A stretch of 64,000 nucleotides of DNA from an uncultured bacterium. GTDB taxonomy: Bacteria; Eisenbacteria; RBG-16-71-46; CAIMUX01. Under the pieces are notes generated by a model that ran no database searches, was not told the origin of the DNA, and worked only from the letters and a program-made list of their open reading frames with translations. Positions within the stretch are counted from its first letter, which is position 1; the number at the start of each line of letters is the position of its first letter. Shown one piece after another: positions 56,501 to 64,000 of this stretch. The stretch is from assembly GCA_964631125.1 (NCBI GenBank), contig CAZVYN010000008.1, positions 3,746-67,745 of the forward strand, written 5' to 3'. The position numbers were made by a program, and so were the translations under genes.

Positions 56501-56837
56501 CGCGCCGAGCCCGGCTGCCCGCCGCCTCCGACGTGAGGGTCTTCAGCGCGACGTTGCGACCGAGTTGCGGATCCTCCGCGAGATAGACCACTCCCATCGC
56601 CCCGCGCCCGATCTCCGCCAGGACAAGATACCGGCCGACCCGGTCGGCCGGTCGCAGCCTTCCGCGTGACGCCGGCCGCAAAAAAGCCTCCGACGCCTCG
56701 AACGCCGCCGCGAGCGACGAGACCTCCTCGCGCAACGCGTCGTCCCCCGCGCAAACCTCGTCGAGGTAACGAGATCGCTCGTCCATCGAAAGGTCGATCA
56801 GGCGATCGAGGATCTCTTCGGTCCGGGGTGAGAACAC
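53547..56837 (-). CDS. Ser/Thr protein kinase with AAA/NB-ARC-like ATPase and TPR repeats (STAND-type)
   Basis: Kinase motifs (GRGAMGVVYLA, VALKTL, HRDLKPQNIRV, DFGLA). P-loop GPGGAGKTRLA. TPR C-terminus. Confidence 0.85.
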   Translation of the reverse strand: MFSPRTEEILDRLIDLSMDERSRYLDEVCAGDDALREEVSSLAAAFEASEAFLRPASRGRLRPADRVGRYLVLAEIGRGAMGVVYLAEDPQLGRNVALKTLTSEAAGSRARRARLRDEARMLAAVSQPNVAQVYSFEELVEIESQQRIDGASETASFLTMEYVPGATLAERLRSEEVPLAASLEFGRQIAAALEAAHAQGVVHRDLKPQNIRVTPDGWVKVLDFGLAFTPETNPGASGSPCGTVGYMSPEQARGDALTEASDLWSFGCVLYECLARRAALDHRSPVDASGPEAGAHIDWSALPDTLARPIVDLLHGLISLDAETRPSAADARRVLDEELLRLRARALFAVESVDSSAARGNLPRRLSEFIGRERERAEVETFLGGHRLLTLTGPGGAGKTRLALEAAARSAARFPDGIWFVDLSTIESGEQSGEQIGGLAARALGVRDVQGGASGDSRAQAVTRLLGDRQALLVVDNCEHLLEAAGGWIADLLENCRGVSVLATSRAPLGSPDEQVYVLPPLGLPAETDDPVALRSCEAVRLFVARARSRQPSFQLRDEQLATVAEICRRADGLPLAIEIAAGHSRALPAEEILARLRANPLSLGTPERRGPQRHRSLAGVVSWSYRLLGRSERLLFERLSVFRGGWTLELAEAVCARDGLSTWQQCDLLARLVERSLVEVENLDGGRQARYRFLETIQRFARDRLARRDEEPERTEGRYVDQLTQMLSPKASEQGLSLEWLARMDVEHTNLVDALEICLRRRWARRVYTLAAGLSRYWSMAGYWREGVAYLRRVLELPLDGAAVDPKDRIAVWGGLARTLAMLEDRPAADDASLRMIAMARELGDPAALARGLRDAGAVSWFALEIDLAEAQWREARDLFEQVGDRAGVATSVGNMAAIHGVRGQHAEAKALFEEQLRLSRELGDRLGASKALLSIGRALEILQRPQEALAPIQEALEVHREARDAPGMALCLHNLGDTCTALGRFDEARTHLVQSLRIRSKLGNSSGVCSVLLALGRLADAMGDPASFAETLGGLDRAYEQERLPLLDGQRRMFDAARLSIRERIGDEPFTAAYERGAARSLGEMVKWASATRA

Positions 56838-56952
56838 GGGGGAGAGTATAAGTCTCGGCCGCCATCAGATTGGTTGTCCTCCTCCGCTGGCGTTTCCCGC
56901 GTTCCCCTCTCGAAGGCTGGAGACCGCAGGCCCCGATCAGAAGGAGTCGACT

Positions 56953-58959
56953 ATGGGACAGGATCTACAACCAACGCTTCGCGCTCTGGCGCTAGGACTC
57001 ACGCTCCTCGCGGCATGCTCAACCGCCGGAGAGAGCCGGGCCGAGACCCTCTACGATTTGACGTTCGGTCTGCCGCACGCGCCGACCTTTCCGGCCGTGG
57101 AAGGCGCCGGGCCCACGCCCCGCAGAGTCGTCTCGCCGGCCCTGGATACGATGCCGATCGTGGTGGCGGTTCACGGCGCGCTGACCGATCAACCGCTCGA
57201 GTTGGTGGCGACCGACACCGGGAGCCCTTTCGACGACCAGCAGTTCGACCTGAGGCTCGATGATCTGCCGGCGGCGGAGCTCTACTCGATCGAAGCGGAC
57301 GTCCTGGTCACGGCGGGCGAGCTGAACGCGAGCATCACGCTGCTGATCGACGCCCCCGCCGTCCGCGCGATCGACTTTCAGGCGGATGGCGAGATCTGGG
57401 GCTGGGCCTCCGGCGGCAGCATCTTCTCGCTCGGGAGCTTCACGCTCGGGGAGGTCGTCCACCTACGCGTCGATGTCGATCTCGAGGTGGACAGTTGGTC
57501 GATCTGGATCGACGGCGTGCTCACCGCCGTGGAGGACTTCGAGTCGGCCAGTTCGATCACCACGGTTCGGATGGGAACAGACGTCTCGGTGCTGGGGCCG
57601 TCGATCTCCGGCGCGGTCGACAATCTCGTCATCTCGATTCCGGACGAGGGCCCTTGCTCTCGCGTGCGGTTCAACGACCTGACTCTCGGCGATCAGTGGG
57701 TCGAAGGCGAGAGCTTCGTCTCGGACGATGTCCGAGTCGATGTGAGCGAGTTCTACTTCGACGTTGGTCCATGCGGGGGCGCCAGCTCGAGCGGATTCAC
57801 GAAAGTCGTCGGCACGGCGCTGGCCTGCGCCGGGGGGAAGGAACTCGAAGTCAACAACGTCACGCTCGACTTCGACTTTCACGGCCCGGTCACGGACGTC
57901 TTGATTCGCTACGGCGAATACGGCGGCGAGGTCTCGCTGGGCGTGAATGGCGCCTGCGAGGTCGTGGTGGATATGAACGATCTGAGCGGCGCGGTTCTGG
58001 GCGGCGTCCTCGTCACGGTCTTCGACGACGACCTGGCGGCGGACGGGTGCGGAGTCATCCGACTGGGCGGAGAAGTCACGCAGCTCTCGATCGGCGGCCA
58101 GGAGCTCTTCATCGACCAGATCAGTTACTGCCCGGCCTGCGTCGACCTGAAGCGATCCGCGTTCGAGGACCAGGCGATGGGGGATCAGTTCTTCGTCGGT
58201 GAAACGTTCTCGAGCGGGGCGGCGACACACAACTTCCGCCGCTTCTCGCCGCCGGGCGCCGACTGCTCCGTCCTCGTCGCGAATGGCGTCGCCACGATCG
58301 ACTCAGGCGACGCTGCTTGCCAGGACGGTTTGGAACTCGGGCTGAACAACATCAACGACCAGATCACTTTCGACCAGGAGATCACCTGGCTCGCGCTCGC
58401 CTATGGAGAGTTCGGCGGCAACATCAACCTTCGGATCAACGGCGAATGCCGCAATGCGGGCAACTTCGCCGAACTCAGCGGCGACTTGATCGGCGGCGTC
58501 CTGGTCTGGGCGGTGGACTACAGCGATCCGGGCCAGGGCTGCGGCACGCTCTACGCCGTCGGCGCGATCGAAGAGTTCACGATCGGCGGTCAGGAGCTCT
58601 GGATCGATAACGTCCGAACCTGTCTCGACGCGACGACGGGACTGGAGGAGGGCGTGCCGGAGTCGCTGGTCGCCGCGTCCCGGCTGGCTCGGCTGCGGCA
58701 GAGCGTTCCGAATCCGGCGCGATCCGGCGCGGAGATCCGCTTCGACCTGGCGCGGTCGGCGCCTGTCGCCCTCTCGATCCACGATGTCGCCGGGCGTCTG
58801 GTGCGCGAACTCGTGGTCGGCCGGTTCGAGGCTGGATCACACCGCGTCTCGTGGGATGGACGGGACGCGAGCGGTCAGCCCGTCGCGGCCGGCGTCTACC
58901 TGTACCGAATCGACGCGGAGGGCGCGACAGAGACGAGGAGGATGGTGGTGGTGAACTAG
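56953..58959 (+). CDS. secreted repeat-domain protein with C-terminal T9SS-type sorting domain
   Basis: Lipoprotein-like signal peptide. Two copies of a domain of about 200 aa (…GEYGGEVSLGVNGACEVVVDM… / …GEFGGNINLRINGECRNAGNF…). C-terminal VPNPARSGAEIRFDL...GVYLYRI. Confidence 0.45.
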   Translation: MGQDLQPTLRALALGLTLLAACSTAGESRAETLYDLTFGLPHAPTFPAVEGAGPTPRRVVSPALDTMPIVVAVHGALTDQPLELVATDTGSPFDDQQFDLRLDDLPAAELYSIEADVLVTAGELNASITLLIDAPAVRAIDFQADGEIWGWASGGSIFSLGSFTLGEVVHLRVDVDLEVDSWSIWIDGVLTAVEDFESASSITTVRMGTDVSVLGPSISGAVDNLVISIPDEGPCSRVRFNDLTLGDQWVEGESFVSDDVRVDVSEFYFDVGPCGGASSSGFTKVVGTALACAGGKELEVNNVTLDFDFHGPVTDVLIRYGEYGGEVSLGVNGACEVVVDMNDLSGAVLGGVLVTVFDDDLAADGCGVIRLGGEVTQLSIGGQELFIDQISYCPACVDLKRSAFEDQAMGDQFFVGETFSSGAATHNFRRFSPPGADCSVLVANGVATIDSGDAACQDGLELGLNNINDQITFDQEITWLALAYGEFGGNINLRINGECRNAGNFAELSGDLIGGVLVWAVDYSDPGQGCGTLYAVGAIEEFTIGGQELWIDNVRTCLDATTGLEEGVPESLVAASRLARLRQSVPNPARSGAEIRFDLARSAPVALSIHDVAGRLVRELVVGRFEAGSHRVSWDGRDASGQPVAAGVYLYRIDAEGATETRRMVVVN

Positions 58960-59002
58960 CCCGGACCGCGATCGACGCCTGCGACAGCTCCGCGGATCCA
59001 CA

Positions 59003-60319
59003 CTAACGCGTCGTCCGCACCTCGCGGGCGACGCGCTCGTAGATGGCCGAAAGGAGGTCGACCTGTCGGGTGAGCGAGAACGACTCGACCACGCGACGGC
59101 GACCGCCCTCTCCCAGTCGGCGACGCGCCCTCGGGTCGGCCAGCAGTCCCTGGATCGCGTCGGCGAGACCGGAGGCGTCGCGCGCCGTATAGAGCCGACC
59201 GTCGACGCCGTCACGGACGATACTCGAGATCGCGCCCTCCGCCGGTCCGACGACCGGGGCGCCGACGCTCATCGCTTCGATCACCGCCATCCCGAACGGC
59301 TCGGGCCGGATCGAAGTGTGCACCGCGAGATCAGCGGCGCCGAAGAGGTCGGGGACATCGCCGCGTTGGTCGAGTAGGCGCACCTGCGCCAAGAGTCCGG
59401 CGGCGTCGATCTGCTGACGCAAGCGGAGCGCGAAGTCGGGATCGATCTCGCTTCCGCAGAAGAACCACTGGAAATCGACGCCGCGGTCGCGCAGCAAGCG
59501 CGCCGCCTCCACGCCGAGCGCTTGTCCCTTCCACTCCAGGATGTGACTCGCCGTGACCAGGAAAGGAATCGAGTCGTCGAGGCCGAATTCGGCGCGGACC
59601 TCGGCGCGAGAGCGGCGGGGTTGTTGCATCTCCACGTCGACGCCGTTGGGGACGACCTCGGTTTGGACGCGACCGGCGCAGAACTCTCGCACCTGGGACG
59701 CGCGTTCATCGGTCAAGCAGATGACCGCGGCGGCGTCATGCGCCACGCGTCGGAAGGCGGAAGGGGGGCGGCGCCAGACGCCGTGCTCATGCGTGAGAAA
59801 CGGGACACCGCGCTGCATGGCGACATGCGCCCACTCGTACCGCTCCTGCATCGGCGCGTTGAAATGTATCAGGTCGACGCCGTCCGGCACGAATCGTCCG
59901 AGGTCGCGCGCGCGGGCGCGTTCGCGCAGGTTGTACTGAACCTCCGACCGCAGGTCGCGCGCCAACAAACGGAGAGAGGAGCGTTGGACCTCTCCATCGG
60001 AGGTTCGGCCGCGGCCGAAGAGCAGTTCGCCGCCGGGCCAGTCGAAGCCCCAGCCCGTCCCGGCGCCGAAGGCGAGACGTAGCTCCTCCGGGGCCGAGAC
60101 CGGAATGCCGAGCGCGGCGATCTGGTCCACATACGGACCGGTACTGTGAAAGAGCACATACGGTTCGAATCGATCGCGGTCGAGGTGAGAAAGAATGTTG
60201 TACAGAACGCGCTTCGACCCCCCGTACGACGGGAAGATGCTGTGCTCGATGAAGAGGATGCGAACAGGTTCCACGCTGGAAGATCTCTCGGGTCGACGAA
60301 CCGAAAACGCCGAGTGCAT
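59003..60319 (-). CDS. glycosyltransferase family 4
   Basis: GT4 C-terminal motif (EPFGMAVIEAMSVGAPVVG...DGVDGRL). Confidence 0.8.
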   Translation of the reverse strand: MHSAFSVRRPERSSSVEPVRILFIEHSIFPSYGGSKRVLYNILSHLDRDRFEPYVLFHSTGPYVDQIAALGIPVSAPEELRLAFGAGTGWGFDWPGGELLFGRGRTSDGEVQRSSLRLLARDLRSEVQYNLRERARARDLGRFVPDGVDLIHFNAPMQERYEWAHVAMQRGVPFLTHEHGVWRRPPSAFRRVAHDAAAVICLTDERASQVREFCAGRVQTEVVPNGVDVEMQQPRRSRAEVRAEFGLDDSIPFLVTASHILEWKGQALGVEAARLLRDRGVDFQWFFCGSEIDPDFALRLRQQIDAAGLLAQVRLLDQRGDVPDLFGAADLAVHTSIRPEPFGMAVIEAMSVGAPVVGPAEGAISSIVRDGVDGRLYTARDASGLADAIQGLLADPRARRRLGEGGRRRVVESFSLTRQVDLLSAIYERVAREVRTTR

Positions 60320-60339
60320 CGAACAGAAGCCGCGTCGCG

Positions 60340-61488
60340 TCAGCCACCCAGCAGGGCGGACCGGAGCGACTCCACGACGCGCTCCTGAGTGTCCGCTGTG
60401 ATCTGCGGCCAGATCGGCAAACTCAGGACCTCGCGCGCGGCGGCCTCCGCCAGAGGACAGGACACCTCGAGATGCGCGTAGACCGGCAGCCGGTGCGCGG
60501 GGACGGGGTAGTAGATCATCGTCGCGATGCCGTCCGCGGCCACTTTCTCGTGCACCGAGTCGCGCAGCCCGTTCGGGATGCGAATCGTGTACTGGTGATA
60601 AACATGGTCGATGTGGGCGGGCGGCCGCGGCGTGACCACGCCGCTCCCGGCCTCTCCTGGGGCGAAAGCACCGCGCGACAACAGCGCGTCATACCGTGCG
60701 GCCGCGGCGCGTCGACCTGCATTGGCGCGGTCCAGGTGCGGGAGCTTCACGCGCAGCATCGCAGCCTGCAGGGCGTCGAGCCGCGAGTTGTAGCCGAGGA
60801 GCTCATTGAAATAGCGGCGCTTCGAACCGTGCGCGCGGAGCATGGCGGAGATCTCGGCCACGCGCGCGTCGTCGGTCGTGATGAGGCCGCCGTCGCCGAA
60901 GGCGCCGAGGTTCTTCGAAGGGAAGAAGGAGAACGCTCCGCCGGCGCCGATCGTCCCGAGCATGCGTCCCCGGTAGCGACCGCCCATCGCCTGCGCGACA
61001 TCCTCCAGCACGACCAGTTGGTTTCGTTGCGCCAGGGCGAGGAGCGGGTCCATCTCGCACGACTGGCCGAAGAGATGCACCGGGATGATCGCCTTGGTGC
61101 GCGGCGAGATCTTCGCTGCGACCTGGTCCGAATCGAGGTTGAGCGTGGACGGGTCGATATCGGCGAAGATCGGAACCGCGCCGATCAGACTGATCGCCTC
61201 GGCCGAGGCGACGAAGGTGAACGGAGTGGTGATCACCTCGTCGCCCGGCGAAACACCGAGCGCCCGCAAGGTGATGAAGAGCGCGTCGGTGCCGGAGTTG
61301 ACCGCTACCGCGTGTTCGACGCCGAGGAAGGCGGCGATCTCGCGCTCGAAGGCCTCCACCTCGGGGCCCATGATGAAGTGCCCCGAACGGAGGACGCGCT
61401 GCATCGCTTCTTGCAGATCGCCCCAGAGCTCGTCGATCTCGGGCGCCAGATCGAGGATCGGAATCTTGGGAAGCGACGACGGATTCAA
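60340..61488 (-). CDS. DegT/DnrJ/EryC1/StrS family PLP-dependent sugar aminotransferase (WbpE-like)
   Basis: IPILDLAPEIDELWGDLQEAMQRVLRSGHFIMGPEVEAFE...AVNSGTDAL. TTG start overlaps the stop of the upstream acetyltransferase (TTGA). Confidence 0.8.
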   Translation of the reverse strand: MNPSSLPKIPILDLAPEIDELWGDLQEAMQRVLRSGHFIMGPEVEAFEREIAAFLGVEHAVAVNSGTDALFITLRALGVSPGDEVITTPFTFVASAEAISLIGAVPIFADIDPSTLNLDSDQVAAKISPRTKAIIPVHLFGQSCEMDPLLALAQRNQLVVLEDVAQAMGGRYRGRMLGTIGAGGAFSFFPSKNLGAFGDGGLITTDDARVAEISAMLRAHGSKRRYFNELLGYNSRLDALQAAMLRVKLPHLDRANAGRRAAAARYDALLSRGAFAPGEAGSGVVTPRPPAHIDHVYHQYTIRIPNGLRDSVHEKVAADGIATMIYYPVPAHRLPVYAHLEVSCPLAEAAAREVLSLPIWPQITADTQERVVESLRSALLGG

Positions 61489-62087
61489 CTGAGCCGGCCC
61501 GTTTCGCCGACCTGGCGAATTTCGTCGTCCCCGGATGCTTCGTAGAGGCGCTGGCAATCGCCGCACGTCGCCTGGGCGTCGCGCAGCCGAAGGGTCGCGC
61601 CGCACTTGCACGCCCAGCCGATGCGACGACCCGGCACCCCCGCCATAAGGGCATGAGCGGGGACATCCTTCGTCACGACGGCGCCGGCGGCGATGAAGGC
61701 CCAAGCCCCGATCGTGACGCCGCAGACGACGGTGGCGTTGGCGCCGATACTCGCGCCGAACTGCACGCGGGTGACGGCGTAGTCGGCCGCCGTGTTGCGC
61801 GGAAACGCGGAGCGCGGCGTGCGCACGTTGGTGAACACCATGCTCGGCCCGCAGAAGACGAAGTCTTCCAGGATCACGCCCTCGTAGAGCGAGACGTTGT
61901 TCTGCACCTTGACGCCGTCGCCCACCTCGACGCGAGGGGCGACGAAGACGTTCTGTCCGAACGAGCAGTTCTTCCCGATGCGCGCCCCAGAGGAGACGTG
62001 GGAAAAGTGCCAGATCTTGGTCCCTTCGCCGATCTCGCAGCCCGGATCGACCACCGCGGTGGCGTGCGCGAAGAATCCCGCGCTCAT
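61485..62087 (-). CDS. hexapeptide-repeat (LbH) sugar N-acetyltransferase (WbpD-like) with C-terminal Cys4 motif
   Basis: Left-handed beta-helix repeats. C-terminal CKCG...CGDC. Confidence 0.7.
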   Translation of the reverse strand: MSAGFFAHATAVVDPGCEIGEGTKIWHFSHVSSGARIGKNCSFGQNVFVAPRVEVGDGVKVQNNVSLYEGVILEDFVFCGPSMVFTNVRTPRSAFPRNTAADYAVTRVQFGASIGANATVVCGVTIGAWAFIAAGAVVTKDVPAHALMAGVPGRRIGWACKCGATLRLRDAQATCGDCQRLYEASGDDEIRQVGETGRLS

Positions 62088-63037
62088 GACGGACTCGACT
62101 GGAGCAGGAGCGGATGGCGTAGCTCGGGTCGCTCGGTCAGCGACGACTGTCGAATGCGATGCACCAGCTCGATCGAAGGGCGCGAGTCGTCGATCCCGAA
62201 GCCGCCGCCGGCCAAGATGTCCCGATAGACCATCGTGTGCAGATTCCCGAAGCCTTCGGAGAAATCGACTTCCTGTCCGTCCATGAGCAGCGCTCGATAG
62301 GCGGGCCCGCTCTTGGCCCCGGTCAGCTCCAGATCGCGCGCCGAAATCGAGAGATACCAGACGACATCCGCATGCTCGAGCTCGAGGTAGCCCGACATCC
62401 GCTCCGGATCGGAGAGATGCAGCTCGGTTCGGCGCACATCGCCGAAGAGCCAGAGCAATACATCGAAGAAATGGATCCCGATGTTCATCCCGACTCCGCC
62501 GGACTTCTCCAGATCGCCCTTCCAGGAGACGTGGTACCAGGGGCCGCGACGGGTGACGTAACTCAGCTCGATCTTGGCGCGGCGCCTCGGACGTTCAGCG
62601 TCGAGTCGCTCCTTGAGCGCGATCAGCGCCGGATGCAGTCTGAGCTGCAGCACCGTGTAGATGCGCTTGCCGTGCTCCTTCTCCAGATCGGCCAGTTGGT
62701 CGAGATTCCACGGACTGATGACGAGCGGCTTCTCGCAGATGACATCGCAGTGCAACCGCAGCGCCAGGCGCGCGTGCGCGTCATGCAGGTAGTTGGGCGA
62801 GCAGATGCTGACGTAGTGCGTCCGCTCGTCGTCGCCGCGGCGACGTAGCTTCTCCAAGAAGCGGTCGAAACGTTCGATTTCAGTGAAGAAGCGGACATCG
62901 GGAAAGTACCGGTCGAGGACGCCGGCGGAGTCGTTCGGGTCGACGGCCGCGACCAAGGCGCCGCCCAGATCCTTGACGGCCTGCAGGTGTCTCGGGGCAA
63001 CGAAGCCCGAGGCGCCGATGAGCGCGAAGTTTGTCAT
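62084..63037 (-). CDS. Gfo/Idh/MocA family NAD-dependent oxidoreductase (WbpB-like)
   Basis: Rossmann fold IGASGFVAPRHL and the EKP motif (DVICEKPL). Confidence 0.8.
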   Translation of the reverse strand: MTNFALIGASGFVAPRHLQAVKDLGGALVAAVDPNDSAGVLDRYFPDVRFFTEIERFDRFLEKLRRRGDDERTHYVSICSPNYLHDAHARLALRLHCDVICEKPLVISPWNLDQLADLEKEHGKRIYTVLQLRLHPALIALKERLDAERPRRRAKIELSYVTRRGPWYHVSWKGDLEKSGGVGMNIGIHFFDVLLWLFGDVRRTELHLSDPERMSGYLELEHADVVWYLSISARDLELTGAKSGPAYRALLMDGQEVDFSEGFGNLHTMVYRDILAGGGFGIDDSRPSIELVHRIRQSSLTERPELRHPLLLQSSPS

Positions 63038-63273
63038 GTCCTCTTTCTATCCGGAGACGCCGGTAGCCGGCGCCGATAGTGCCGACTGACAGCTTGCTGT
63101 TCAACGATCGACTACCTGAGACGGCTCCTTGACCTCGGGCCGCCCAGCCGCCTCGCCCGCTCGCTTGACTTCAACTCTGAAGTTCAGGAAGGTCTGCCGC
63201 GAGCCGAGGCCGGGGAGGAGGCTACTTCCCTGGCCGCCGCTCGTCGCCTATCGGATTCCGTCTGCCGTGAGGG

Positions 63274-64000
63274 GTGGATCGACTTGAAGCACATCTTCGC
63301 GGTGGTGGGGGCGCGGCCCAATTTCATGAAGGTCGCGCCGGTCATGCAGGCCCTGACCGCGACCGGTCGATTCAAGCTCTCGCTCGTCCACACCGGCCAG
63401 CACTACGCGCCCGAGATGTCGGACGATTTCTTCCGTGACCTCGGGATGGGCCGTCCCGATTTCCACCTGGAGGTGGGGTCGGCCTCACACGCGGTGCAGA
63501 CCGCGCGCATCCTCGAACGGTTCGAGCCGGTCGTCCTGGAGCAGCGGCCCGATCTCGTGCTCGTGGCGGGCGATGTCAACTCGACCTTCGCCTGCGCGCT
63601 GGTCGCCGCGCAGCTCCGGGTGCAGGTGGGGCACATCGAAGCGGGGCTGCGCAGCCGCGATCGGAACATGCCCGAGGAAGTGAACCGGCTCTTGACCGAT
63701 TCGATCTCGGACATTCTCTTCACCACCTCACGGGACGGCGACGCGAACCTGATCGCCGAGGGAGTCGAGCGGGAGAAGATCCACTTCGTCGGCAACACGA
63801 TGATCGACACCCTGCGCCGCTTCGAGACGGCCGCGCGCTCTTCGGACGCGCCGGCCAAGCACGGCGCCGCCTCCGGGAAGTATCTGCTCGTCACACTGCA
63901 CCGGCCGTCGAACGTCGACTCGCCCGAGGGACTCGAGCGCGTCTTCGCCTATCTGACCGAAGCGGCGGGGCGCATGCCGGTCCTCTTTCCGGTCCACCCG
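63274..64000 (+). CDS. UDP-N-acetylglucosamine 2-epimerase (WecB/WbpI family), 5' partial (runs off the window)
   Basis: IFAVVGARPNFMKVAPVMQAL...HTGQHY...LVAGDVNSTFACALVA...HIEAGLRS. TTG start after a GAGGGG SD. The ORF track does not list it because it has no stop. Confidence 0.75.

Overview
This 64 kb window is a high-GC (about 68-70%) chromosomal segment from a Gram-negative bacterium. Several secreted proteins carry C-terminal T9SS-type (Por_Secre_tail/FlgD-Ig-like) sorting domains, and an OmpA protein carries thrombospondin-3 repeats. This fits a Gemmatimonadota- or FCB-related lineage, but that placement is a guess. About 50 genes are densely packed on both strands. I see no rRNA, tRNA, CRISPR array, transposase or integrase.

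Main gene blocks, in order along the window:
1. A bufferin-like RiPP tailoring cassette: a divergent DoxX gene, then a DUF692 multinuclear non-heme iron oxidase (MNIO) and its DUF2063 partner. No obvious precursor peptide gene lies inside the window.
2. A large CBM9/DUF5916 outer-membrane-type protein.
3. A minus-strand operon: tricorn-like S41 protease, a small anchored protein, and a protein combining a C39-like papain domain, TPR repeats and a POTRA-like beta-barrel.
4. A dual-specificity phosphatase, and an FG-GAP protein with a T9SS C-terminal domain.
5. A DinB_2 protein, a LytS/LytTR two-component system, and a DUF5989 micro-protein.
6. A two-lobed retropepsin-like aspartic protease, a GNAT acetyltransferase, a GT2 glycosyltransferase and an aminotransferase.
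7. A CPA1 antiporter fused to a rhodanese domain that is interrupted by an in-frame TGA.
8. A methyltransferase, an alcohol dehydrogenase, then a lower-GC mini-cluster (a 32-aa basic peptide, a LysM protein and a lipoprotein).
9. Lhr helicase and the KatE catalase.
10. A secreted hydrolase, a cluster of outer-membrane proteins, ComM, and an Eis-like acetyltransferase.
11. An Omp85 protein, a fasciclin protein, a DUF378 protein, and an XRE-cupin regulator.
12. An orphan BrnA antitoxin with a 20-codon BrnT remnant.
13. Two large Ser/Thr kinase-AAA-TPR proteins, an ECF-type sigma factor, and two T9SS cargo proteins.
14. A WbpB/WbpD/WbpE-like diacetamido-sugar cluster with a GT4 glycosyltransferase and a partial WecB epimerase.

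The most unusual non-coding signal is a 53-bp AT-rich near-perfect palindrome present twice in identical form. Each copy is followed by an array of gcgtcc-type 8-9 bp tandem repeats, and each sits about 100 bp downstream of a minus-strand gene. Both copies look like bidirectional intrinsic terminators. Short tandem repeats are common in the intergenic regions. Several gene remnants (the BrnT toxin, an OmpR-type regulator tail, and a DinB N-terminus) point to local gene decay.
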